DNA from: Sedimentisphaera cyanobacteriorum
Lineage (GTDB): Bacteria; Planctomycetota; Phycisphaerae; Sedimentisphaerales; Sedimentisphaeraceae
Reading direction: 5' to 3'
Assembly (NCBI RefSeq): GCF_001997385.1
Contig: NZ_CP019633.1
Span: forward strand, 540,001 to 572,000
Length of the DNA: 32,000 bases
Both the position numbers and the translations under genes were made by a program. The notes under the pieces were generated by a model, which was not told the DNA's origin, did no database searches, and was given only the letters and a program-made list of their open reading frames with translations. Positions within the stretch are counted from its first letter, which is position 1. Every line of letters begins with the position of its first letter. Positions 9,129 to 16,036 of the stretch are shown in pieces.

Positions 9129-10247
9129 ATGAAAAATGATAGTGAAAAATTTGTATATTTCTCGGGTGAAGAGCTGTGTATCTGCCTGCCTGAGGTGGTG
9201 GATAAATCTCTGGCCGGCGATTTGTACAGAAAATTCAAATCCGAAACAGCTTCAATCGCACCGACCAGAATCATAATAAAAAGCAGTGATGGTTTTATTT
9301 GCCAAAACGCAGGCAAAGCCTTTATATCCTTAGTCAAGAAATACTGCTGCCGGAAAGATATACTACTCGACGATGAGCATCTCTCTTGCAGTGTGGACGA
9401 TTTGGTAAAAGATTGCCCCAGCGAGGAGGTGCAGGAGCAAACTGCCCATGTTTTCCGTGAATTTATTGTAGGTTTTGGGAAGGGTTTCTGTGGATATTTG
9501 AGCTCAATTACAGACAAGGTTGAGTATTACGGCAGGGTCTTCGCTTCGTTTGCGGGGCTGCTTAAAAACCCGAAGACCTTCAGATGGGCGGATTTCTTCA
9601 GGATAGCAGAAAGTGCAGCAGTCAATTCATTCGGAATATGTATGCTGATAGGATTTCTGTTTGGGCTGATTCTTTCGTTCCAGTCCGCAACATCAATGAA
9701 GCAGTTCGGGGCGGAAATATACGTTGCAAGTCTCGTGTCTCTAACGCTTTTTCGCGTGATGGGGCCGTTTATAGCTGCAATTTTGTTCTCTGCAAGAAGC
9801 GGGACGGCCTTCGCCGCAGAGCTGGGTACGATGAAGATCAATGAGGAAATAGATGCACTCAAAACTTTCGGTCTCAGACCGGTGCCGTTTCTCGTGCTTC
9901 CCAGAGTTCTTGCAGGCACACTCTTTGTTCCAGTTCTCACACTCTACACCAGCCTTTTCGGGCTTGTAGGTATGAGCATCGTTATGCGTTCGATGGGTTA
10001 TCCTTTCGAGGTAATATTCGATCAGGTAACTATGCTCACGGGCCTGTCCGATTTTGCTCAGGGGATGTTCAAGGCAATCGTGTACGGATTTGAAACCGCT
10101 GCGATAGGCTGCCTTAGCGGACTCAGCACCCAGACGGGCAGCAAGGCTGTAGGCGACGCTGCCACGAAGGCAGTGGTAAGCGGCGTAGTTGCCATAGTTC
10201 TCACCGAAGGCGTATTTTCTGTAATCTTCTATGTGCTGGGGATATAG
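9129..10247 (+). CDS. mlaE: MlaE-family ABC transporter permease with an N-terminal extension of about 130 aa (STAS/MlaB-like)
   Basis: The C-terminal roughly 240 aa (FGRV.., FVGALVS-like LIGFLFGLILSFQS, RSGTAFAAELGTMKINEEIDAL) match the MlaE/YrbE permease family. The N-terminal 130 aa form one uninterrupted reading frame with a pattern suggestive of a STAS fold. Confidence 0.8.
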   Translation: MKNDSEKFVYFSGEELCICLPEVVDKSLAGDLYRKFKSETASIAPTRIIIKSSDGFICQNAGKAFISLVKKYCCRKDILLDDEHLSCSVDDLVKDCPSEEVQEQTAHVFREFIVGFGKGFCGYLSSITDKVEYYGRVFASFAGLLKNPKTFRWADFFRIAESAAVNSFGICMLIGFLFGLILSFQSATSMKQFGAEIYVASLVSLTLFRVMGPFIAAILFSARSGTAFAAELGTMKINEEIDALKTFGLRPVPFLVLPRVLAGTLFVPVLTLYTSLFGLVGMSIVMRSMGYPFEVIFDQVTMLTGLSDFAQGMFKAIVYGFETAAIGCLSGLSTQTGSKAVGDAATKAVVSGVVAIVLTEGVFSVIFYVLGI

Positions 10248-10249
10248 CC

Positions 10250-11011
10250 GTGTCTGAAACAGTAGCCAGAGTAAATAATCTAACTTCCGGATATTTCGGC
10301 CAGACCGTCCTTGAAAACGTCAGTTTTGATGTGCAAAGGGGTGAGATTTTTATCATCCTCGGCGGTTCAGGCTGCGGAAAGAGCACGCTCTTAAAGCATA
10401 TGATTGGCCTCTACAAGCCATACAGCGGCAATGTGCTGATTATGGGAGAGGATATATCCGCCGCAGGCGAGAAGGACTTCAAAAACCTTGTGAAATATTT
10501 CGGCGTGATGTATCAGAACGGAGCATTATTCGGCTCTATGAACGTGCTGGAAAATCTTCGTCTGCCCTTGGAGATCTATACCGACCTGCCCAGAGAGCTG
10601 ATGAACGAAATCTGCATCTCAAAGCTCTCGCTCGTAGGCCTTGAAACGAGCTACAATCTAATGCCCTCCGAGCTTTCAGGCGGAATGAAGAAAAGAGCCG
10701 CTATCGCAAGGGCGATGGTGCTCGATCCGGACATCCTATTTCTTGATGAGCCAAGTGCAGGGCTCGATCCGATCACAAGCGCAGAGCTCGACAGCCTCAT
10801 CCTCACCCTTTCCCGCAAAACCGGCATTACATTTATCGTTGTCTCCCACGAGCTTGACAGCATATTTACAATAGCAGACCGCGTGATTATGCTTGATAAA
10901 AGCGTAAAGGGGATTATAGCTGAAGGAAGCCCTGAAGATCTGAAAAAGAATTCTGAGAATCAGCTTGTACAAAACTTTTTCAATCGTATATCTTCGTCTT
11001 TAAAACAATGA
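10250..11011 (+). CDS. mlaF: MlaF-like ABC transporter ATP-binding protein
   Basis: 253 aa with a GTG start 2 nt after the mlaE stop. It has Walker A GGSGCGKST, the signature LSGGMKKR and Walker B ILFLDEPSAGLD. Confidence 0.85.
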   Translation: MSETVARVNNLTSGYFGQTVLENVSFDVQRGEIFIILGGSGCGKSTLLKHMIGLYKPYSGNVLIMGEDISAAGEKDFKNLVKYFGVMYQNGALFGSMNVLENLRLPLEIYTDLPRELMNEICISKLSLVGLETSYNLMPSELSGGMKKRAAIARAMVLDPDILFLDEPSAGLDPITSAELDSLILTLSRKTGITFIVVSHELDSIFTIADRVIMLDKSVKGIIAEGSPEDLKKNSENQLVQNFFNRISSSLKQ

Positions 11012-11373
11012 TTACTTTTCCTGTAACACAGAAAAAGGCCGATGCCCTGCGGAGCAGAATGAAGCAGTGCGGGCTTCAGGAGGCCGACTTCGAGGAGAAG
11101 TTCATCCGCTCTTCCGGCCCGGGAGGTCAGAAAACCAACAAGACCGCCTCCTGCGTTTATCTTATTCACAAGCCTACAGGCACTGAAGTGAAGTGCGATA
11201 AGGAAAGAAGCCAAGGCCTCAATCGCTATTACGCTCGCAAGTTTATGTGCGAACAGATTGAATCGAAAACTGAAGGCGTCAAAAGCAAACAGCAGTTCAA
11301 AGCCGAAAAGATCCGTAAGCAGAAGAAAAGAAGGAAAAGGCGAGCCGCAGATAAGCTCAAACGCAAAGATTAG
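11008..11373 (+). CDS. Small GGQ-domain protein, ArfB/ICT1-like peptidyl-tRNA hydrolase (peptide chain release factor-like)
   Basis: 121 aa with SSGPGGQKTNKTAS (GGQ motif) and a lysine/arginine-rich C-terminal tail KIRKQKKRRKRRAADKLKRKD, as in ArfB. Its ATG overlaps the mlaF stop (ATGA). Confidence 0.7.
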   Translation: MITFPVTQKKADALRSRMKQCGLQEADFEEKFIRSSGPGGQKTNKTASCVYLIHKPTGTEVKCDKERSQGLNRYYARKFMCEQIESKTEGVKSKQQFKAEKIRKQKKRRKRRAADKLKRKD

Positions 11374-11467
11374 TATTCCTGCAGCGTATTTTCCTCTTTT
11401 ATGTGGAATTCGTGTTATTTTTCTTGGCAGCAGCCCTGATTTTTTTGTACTTAGGGGCTAAAAAGTC

Positions 11468-11495
11468 TTGTAAAAGGGCTGCAAAGTATTATAAT
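11468..11495 (+). promoter_or_regulatory. Sigma-70-type promoter candidate upstream of the structured leader and tRNA-Gln
   Basis: TTGTAA (11468-11473), a 16-nt spacer, then consensus TATAAT (11490-11495). The predicted TSS is near 11502, about 150 nt upstream of the tRNA. Confidence 0.4.
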
Positions 11496-11652
11496 TCATC
11501 TTCTCTCGTTGCCCGGAAGCGTGCTTCGGCAAGGGGGTTGGCAGTCCGCGACATGGTCAGCTCCGGCTTCAGGTAATGAGACTTCTCCCCGCTCGAAGCG
11601 GGAATCGCGGCATATTAATATGCAGTTCTTCTGCATTCTTGTCGTAATTTGG

Positions 11653-11724
11653 TACCCGGTGGTGTAATTGGCAACACCTCAGCTTTTGGTGCTGAAATTT
11701 CTGGTTCGAGTCCAGACCGGGTAG
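11653..11724 (+). tRNA. tRNA-Gln (anticodon UUG)
   Basis: Manually folded 72-nt cloverleaf. Acceptor stem TACCCGG/CCGGGTA; D stem GTGT/ACAC with a GG in the loop; anticodon stem TCAGC/GCTGA with loop TT-TTG-GT; T arm TCTGG-TTCGAGT-CCAGA. It has the U1:A72 pair and G73 discriminator typical of bacterial tRNA-Gln. No CCA is encoded. Confidence 0.9.
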
Positions 11725-11802
11725 TTTCTTTAACAGGAAGCGGTTTCAATTGCCGGTAAGGCTGGAATATACTGAAGGCCGAGCCGTGGGAAGGATTCAT
11801 AA

Positions 11803-12753
11803 ATGTTTCTAAATGAGAGTGTGAAAGTATTCGGCGGCTCTGCTAATCCGGAGCTGGTGAAAAAAATCTGCGGTTATCTCGGCGTAACCCCGGGCGGCGC
11901 TGCTATACGCAGATTCCCGGACGGCGAGAAATTCGTTAAAATAGATGATAATGTTCGCGGTAAAGACTGCTTCATAGTTCAGTCAACCTGCACGCCGGTT
12001 GACGGGAATCTCATGGAGCTTTTGATTATGATCGACACCCTCAAACGGGCGAGTGCAAACAGAATAACCGCTGTTATCCCTTATTACGGCTATGCCCGTC
12101 AGGACAGAAAAGATGATGGAAGAGTCCCTATTACTGCAAAGCTGGTGGCTAATCTTCTTACCGCAGCAGGAGCAACGAGGGTTTTGGGTATAGACCTTCA
12201 CGCAAGGCAGCTTGAGGGATTTTTTGATATACCGGTTGACCATCTTATGGCAGAGCCTGTGATGGTGAAGTACCTCAGGGATAAAAAAATCCAGAAGCCG
12301 GTTATCGTTTCCCCGGATGTGGGCAATGTAAAAACCGCTTCAAGGTATGTAAGCCATATAAGGGCAGACCTTGCTATAGTGCATAAAAAACGGCTCAACG
12401 GCAAAGACGTTCACAGCGAGAACATAATCGGAAGCGTTGAAGGCAAAAACGTGGTTATGGTGGATGATATGATTTCAACCGCCGGAACTATCTGCTCTGC
12501 GGCGAAGCTTGTAAAGAAGATGGGAGCCAACAAGGTGATTGCAGGTGCAACACACGGGCTCTTCTGCGGGCCTGCTGTTGAGCGGATACAGGAATCTTAC
12601 ATAGATGAGATTTTTGTAACCGATACGATACCTCTCAGGGATGACGTTAGAAACGGGATAAACGTAACGGTTTTGAGCGTAGCAGAGCTTTTGGGAGAAT
12701 CGATTAAAAGAGTTCACAGAAACGAATCAATAAGCAGTTTGCTGCTTTCGTAG
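11803..12753 (+). CDS. prs: Ribose-phosphate pyrophosphokinase (PRPP synthetase)
   Basis: 316 aa with VFGGSANPELVKKI, YYGYARQDRK and the PRPP-binding loop VVMVDDMISTAGT. Confidence 0.93.
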   Translation: MFLNESVKVFGGSANPELVKKICGYLGVTPGGAAIRRFPDGEKFVKIDDNVRGKDCFIVQSTCTPVDGNLMELLIMIDTLKRASANRITAVIPYYGYARQDRKDDGRVPITAKLVANLLTAAGATRVLGIDLHARQLEGFFDIPVDHLMAEPVMVKYLRDKKIQKPVIVSPDVGNVKTASRYVSHIRADLAIVHKKRLNGKDVHSENIIGSVEGKNVVMVDDMISTAGTICSAAKLVKKMGANKVIAGATHGLFCGPAVERIQESYIDEIFVTDTIPLRDDVRNGINVTVLSVAELLGESIKRVHRNESISSLLLS

Positions 12754-12811
12754 TTATCAGTTGCAGCTTGATTAAGCTGCGTGATAGTAATAATTTATCA
12801 GTGAGGAAAAG

Positions 12812-13456
12812 ATGACAGAAACATTTTCATTGAAAGCAGAGCTTCGGGAAACGGGGACCAAGTCCGCTGTCAAGCTTCGTGAAAACGGCAGGACGCCTGC
12901 TGTTATTTACGGGCACAAGCAGGAGCCGGTGGCTGTGAGCATAGAAACTAGCGATTTGCTGAAGGCTATGCACAGCGGTAACAGGCTTTTCGACCTTGAG
13001 TTCGACGGCAAGTCCGAAACTCTTCTGCTAAAAGACATGCAGTACGACCACTACCAGAGAGATGTAATTCATGTAGATCTTATGCGTGTGGATATGGACG
13101 AGAAGGCAAGCGTTACGGTGCCGGTTGTCCTTAAAGGTACTGCAAAAGGTATCGCCGAAGGCGGTATGGTGGATGTACACTTAGACCATATCGACGTTGA
13201 ATGTCCGGTTGTTTCGATCCCCGAATATTTTGAGGTTCTTATCAAGGATCTGGGATTGAACGATTACATCACTGTAGGTAATATCGAGCTTCCCCGCGGC
13301 GCATCTCTTATAACAGATTCTGAATCTGTTGTGGTAAACTGCCACGAAGTTACCGTAGCCCCGGAGCCGGAAGAAGGCGAAGAGCTCGAGGAAGAGGCAG
13401 TAGAGCCGGAAGTGATTACAGAGAAGAAACCGGAAGACGAAGAAGAGCAGAAGTAG
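12812..13456 (+). CDS. rplY: 50S ribosomal protein L25 / general stress protein Ctc (long form)
   Basis: 214 aa with LRENGRTPAVIYG....V.....L, DHYQRDVIHVDLMRV and a Ctc-type second domain plus an acidic tail. It sits in the canonical prs-ctc-pth order. Confidence 0.9.
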   Translation: MTETFSLKAELRETGTKSAVKLRENGRTPAVIYGHKQEPVAVSIETSDLLKAMHSGNRLFDLEFDGKSETLLLKDMQYDHYQRDVIHVDLMRVDMDEKASVTVPVVLKGTAKGIAEGGMVDVHLDHIDVECPVVSIPEYFEVLIKDLGLNDYITVGNIELPRGASLITDSESVVVNCHEVTVAPEPEEGEELEEEAVEPEVITEKKPEDEEEQK

Positions 13457-13465
13457 CGGTAGATT

Positions 13466-14035
13466 ATGGCATGCAGGCTTATTGCAGGGCTCGGAAATCC
13501 GGGCAAAAAGTACGAAGGCACGCGGCATAATATAGGTTTTGATGTATTAGACCGTTTTGCCGAGAAGTGCGGCGTCAGCATAAGCGGCAGAAAATTTTCT
13601 TCGCTCTGTGAGATTTTTGAGTTCGGCGGGGATAAGATAATCCTTCTCAAACCCCAAACTTTTATGAACCTCAGCGGTCAGGCAGTAGCAGCTGCGAGGG
13701 GTTTTTATAAGATTGATATAAGCGATGTACTGATTATTGCAGATGATATGGCTATCGATACGGGAAGAATAAGGCTCAGGCCGTCCGGCTCTGCTGGAGG
13801 GCACAACGGCCTTAAAGATATCATCGCAAAGCTCGGGAGTCAGGATTTTCCGAGGCTGAGAGTGGGCATTGGAAAAAGCCCGCTGCCGAACAGTACCGGA
13901 TATGTATTAGGACGCCCCTCTCCGGAGCAGAGGCAGGAGCTTCAGCTCGGGATTGGAAGGGCGGTTGAATGCATTGAAATGCTTATAAAAGACGGACTTG
14001 AAAAAGCTATGACAGAATATAACAGTAAAAATTAA
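13466..14035 (+). CDS. pth: Peptidyl-tRNA hydrolase
   Basis: 189 aa with LIAGLGNPGKKYEGTRHNIGF, KPQTFMNLSG and GSAGGHNGLKDI, which are Pth signature motifs. Confidence 0.92.
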   Translation: MACRLIAGLGNPGKKYEGTRHNIGFDVLDRFAEKCGVSISGRKFSSLCEIFEFGGDKIILLKPQTFMNLSGQAVAAARGFYKIDISDVLIIADDMAIDTGRIRLRPSGSAGGHNGLKDIIAKLGSQDFPRLRVGIGKSPLPNSTGYVLGRPSPEQRQELQLGIGRAVECIEMLIKDGLEKAMTEYNSKN

Positions 14036-14083
14036 TGGCCTGAAGGCCGGTGTAATAAATTTTGTAAACCGGAGGTTATTACC

Positions 14084-14578
14084 TTGGATACAGCTAAAAG
14101 ACTTTATGAAGCCCTGTTTCTGGTGGACCCTGCTTTAGCAGCGGGCGACTGGACAGGTTTGGTTGAAAAGATTACCGCTTTGGTGGAAAAAAGAAGCGGT
14201 GAGATTGTCAGCCTTAAGAAGTGGGATGAACGTAAATTGGCTTACGAGATTCAGAACAAATCTCGCGGGACATACATCCTTGTTTATTTTAATGTTGAAC
14301 CTCGTGAGCTCAGTAATGTTGAGAGGGATATAAATCTCTCGGAAGACATTATGCGTGCCATGGTTCTGCGTGCTGATTTTATCGATCCTTCAAAACCGAT
14401 CGATAAAGAAACTCCTTTAGAAGCCGAAGAGAGGGTGAAAAGAGAGCAGGAAGCAAAGCAGGAGATTGAGTCTTCAGCAGCAGGTTCTGCGGCTTCTGTT
14501 TCCGAAGAATCAGCGGAAAAACAGGAAGCCCAAGAGCCTGAAAGTGAGCCTGAAAAGGCCGATGAGCCTTCAGAATAA
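14084..14578 (+). CDS. rpsF: 30S ribosomal protein S6 with a long acidic C-terminal tail
   Basis: TTG start 8 nt after GGAGG. YEALFLVDP...KWDERKLAYEI.....G.Y.L..F matches S6. The roughly 65-aa C-terminal tail is rich in E, S and A. The order rpsF-ssb-rpsR-rplI is conserved. Confidence 0.88.
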   Translation: MDTAKRLYEALFLVDPALAAGDWTGLVEKITALVEKRSGEIVSLKKWDERKLAYEIQNKSRGTYILVYFNVEPRELSNVERDINLSEDIMRAMVLRADFIDPSKPIDKETPLEAEERVKREQEAKQEIESSAAGSAASVSEESAEKQEAQEPESEPEKADEPSE

Positions 14579-14611
14579 GCTTAATTATTTCTTTAGAACG
14601 GAGAGATTGAA

Positions 14612-15106
14612 ATGGCCAGCTTTAATAAAGTAATACTGCTCGGCAACCTTACAAGAGATCCGCAGTTTTCGTATCTGCCAAGCGGCACTCCGCTCGTTGA
14701 GTTTTCCGTGGCCACGAACAGAAAGTTCGTAGGTCAGGACGGTCAGCAGCGGGAAGAAGTTTGTTTTACAGACTGCAGGATGTTCGGCAAGCGGGCGGAA
14801 GTTATCAACAAGTATTTCAAAAAGGGCTCTTCAATTTTGGTTGAAGGCAGACTGATTCTCGACAGCTGGACAACTCAGGACGGAAGCAAGCGAAGCAGAC
14901 TGCGCGTGCAGGCGGAGAATTTCGAATTCACCGGCGGTGGCGGCGGCGGTTCTCAAAGACAGGGCGATTATCAGCAGGGCGGCTACCAGCAGCCCTATCA
15001 GCAGCAGCCCCCTCAGAACAATCAGCCTCAGCAGCCTCCTCAGCAGTCATCTTCAGATGCTTTCGGCGGCGGTGATGATTTTAATCCAGATGATATACCG
15101 TTCTAA
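14612..15106 (+). CDS. ssb: Single-stranded DNA-binding protein
   Basis: MASFNKVILLGNLTRDPQ... forms an OB fold, followed by a G/Q/P-rich linker and the canonical acidic tip DDIPF. Confidence 0.92.
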   Translation: MASFNKVILLGNLTRDPQFSYLPSGTPLVEFSVATNRKFVGQDGQQREEVCFTDCRMFGKRAEVINKYFKKGSSILVEGRLILDSWTTQDGSKRSRLRVQAENFEFTGGGGGGSQRQGDYQQGGYQQPYQQQPPQNNQPQQPPQQSSSDAFGGGDDFNPDDIPF

Positions 15107-15180
15107 AAACTGCTTGAGCTGAAAAGGGCTTTAGTTAATTGTATTTAGATAATTAAAACTTAATTTAAGAGCATTAAATT

Positions 15181-15429
15181 ATGAAAAACCAGAGAAGAAA
15201 CAAAAAAAGAAGAACTGCCACAATTCGTGAGCAGAACCAATGCCGGTTTTGCAGGTCTAAAACCGAGTATGTGGATTATATGGACATTGAAACGCTTTCA
15301 AAGCTTCTTACAAACCGCGGCAAAATATATTCCAGAAAGCGCAGCGGGAACTGTGCAAGCTGTCAGCGGAAGGTTCAGAACGCCATAAAACGTGCAAGGT
15401 ATATGGGGCTGCTTCCATACCAGACCTGA
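15181..15429 (+). CDS. rpsR: 30S ribosomal protein S18
   Basis: 82 aa with CRFC...VDYMD...LSKLLTNRGKI.SRKRSGNCA..QRKV..AIKRARYMGLLPY, the S18 signature. Confidence 0.92.
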   Translation: MKNQRRNKKRRTATIREQNQCRFCRSKTEYVDYMDIETLSKLLTNRGKIYSRKRSGNCASCQRKVQNAIKRARYMGLLPYQT

Positions 15430-15502
15430 TACGGTTAAGACAGGCGTTTGCAAAAACGGAGCTTATTAATACTAAAAAACAAACTTATTGGAGAAAAAGC
15501 AA

Positions 15503-16036
15503 ATGGTTAAAGTTTTGCTCCTTGAAGATATTATAAGCCTTGGTTGGCTTGGTGATATAGTTGATGTTAAAGACGGCTATGCAAGGAATTATCTTGTCCC
15601 CTGCGGGCTGGCAACTATACCTTCAAAAGAAAATATTGAGGCAATAGCCGAAGAAAAGGCAAAACGGGCTAACGAACGCAAGCTTGAATATGACAAACTA
15701 TGCCAAGTGGCTGAAAAGGTCGAAGGTGCTTCTGTTATTATAGAAGCCAAGGCCAACGAGCAGGGACATCTGTTCGGCTCGGTTACACCTGATATGATTG
15801 CTGAAAAGCTCAGGAAAAACGGCTACGAGATAGCAGATGAGATGGTGGCTGTAGGGCATATCAAGGAAGTTGGCGAGCACAGTGTTACTCTCAAGATTTC
15901 GGTTGATTTGGATGCTTCTATCGAAGTAAAAGTTGTTTCCGAAGGCAGCATCCCGCTCAATGAAGAAGAGCTTGAACAGCCGGAGCAGGAAGAAGATGAG
16001 CTCTCAGAAGCCAAGCCAGAAAACTCAGAAGAATAA
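15503..16036 (+). CDS. rplI: 50S ribosomal protein L9 with an acidic C-terminal extension
   Basis: MVKVLLLEDI..LG..GDIVDVKDGYARNYL.P.GLA matches the L9 N-terminal domain. I preferred ATG 15503 (GGAG 9 nt upstream) to the TTG at 15488 in the ORF track. Confidence 0.9.
   Translation: MVKVLLLEDIISLGWLGDIVDVKDGYARNYLVPCGLATIPSKENIEAIAEEKAKRANERKLEYDKLCQVAEKVEGASVIIEAKANEQGHLFGSVTPDMIAEKLRKNGYEIADEMVAVGHIKEVGEHSVTLKISVDLDASIEVKVVSEGSIPLNEEELEQPEQEEDELSEAKPENSEE

Noticed and set aside
9113-9517. 134-aa minus-strand ORF antisense to the N-terminal extension of mlaE, which could have meant the extension is not coding
   Set aside because: Its translation is serine-rich and motif-free. The plus-strand frame is continuous with the MlaE core and reads like a folded alpha/beta domain, so I kept the plus-strand fusion interpretation with a caveat about the start codon.
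11258-11461. 67-aa plus-strand ORF overlapping the 3' end of the ArfB-like gene
   Set aside because: It is an alternative frame of the lysine/arginine-rich tail region, has no RBS and runs into the promoter region. It is most likely spurious.
11500-11650. Possible SRP (4.5S) RNA or a second, degenerate tRNA upstream of tRNA-Gln
   Set aside because: A CCCGGAAG string resembles the SRP helix-8 GGAA tetraloop region, but the flanking bases cannot form the conserved helix and symmetric loop. The tRNA-like acceptor/T-arm segment spans only about 65 nt with no D or anticodon arms. The identity is left open and reported as an unclassified structured leader.
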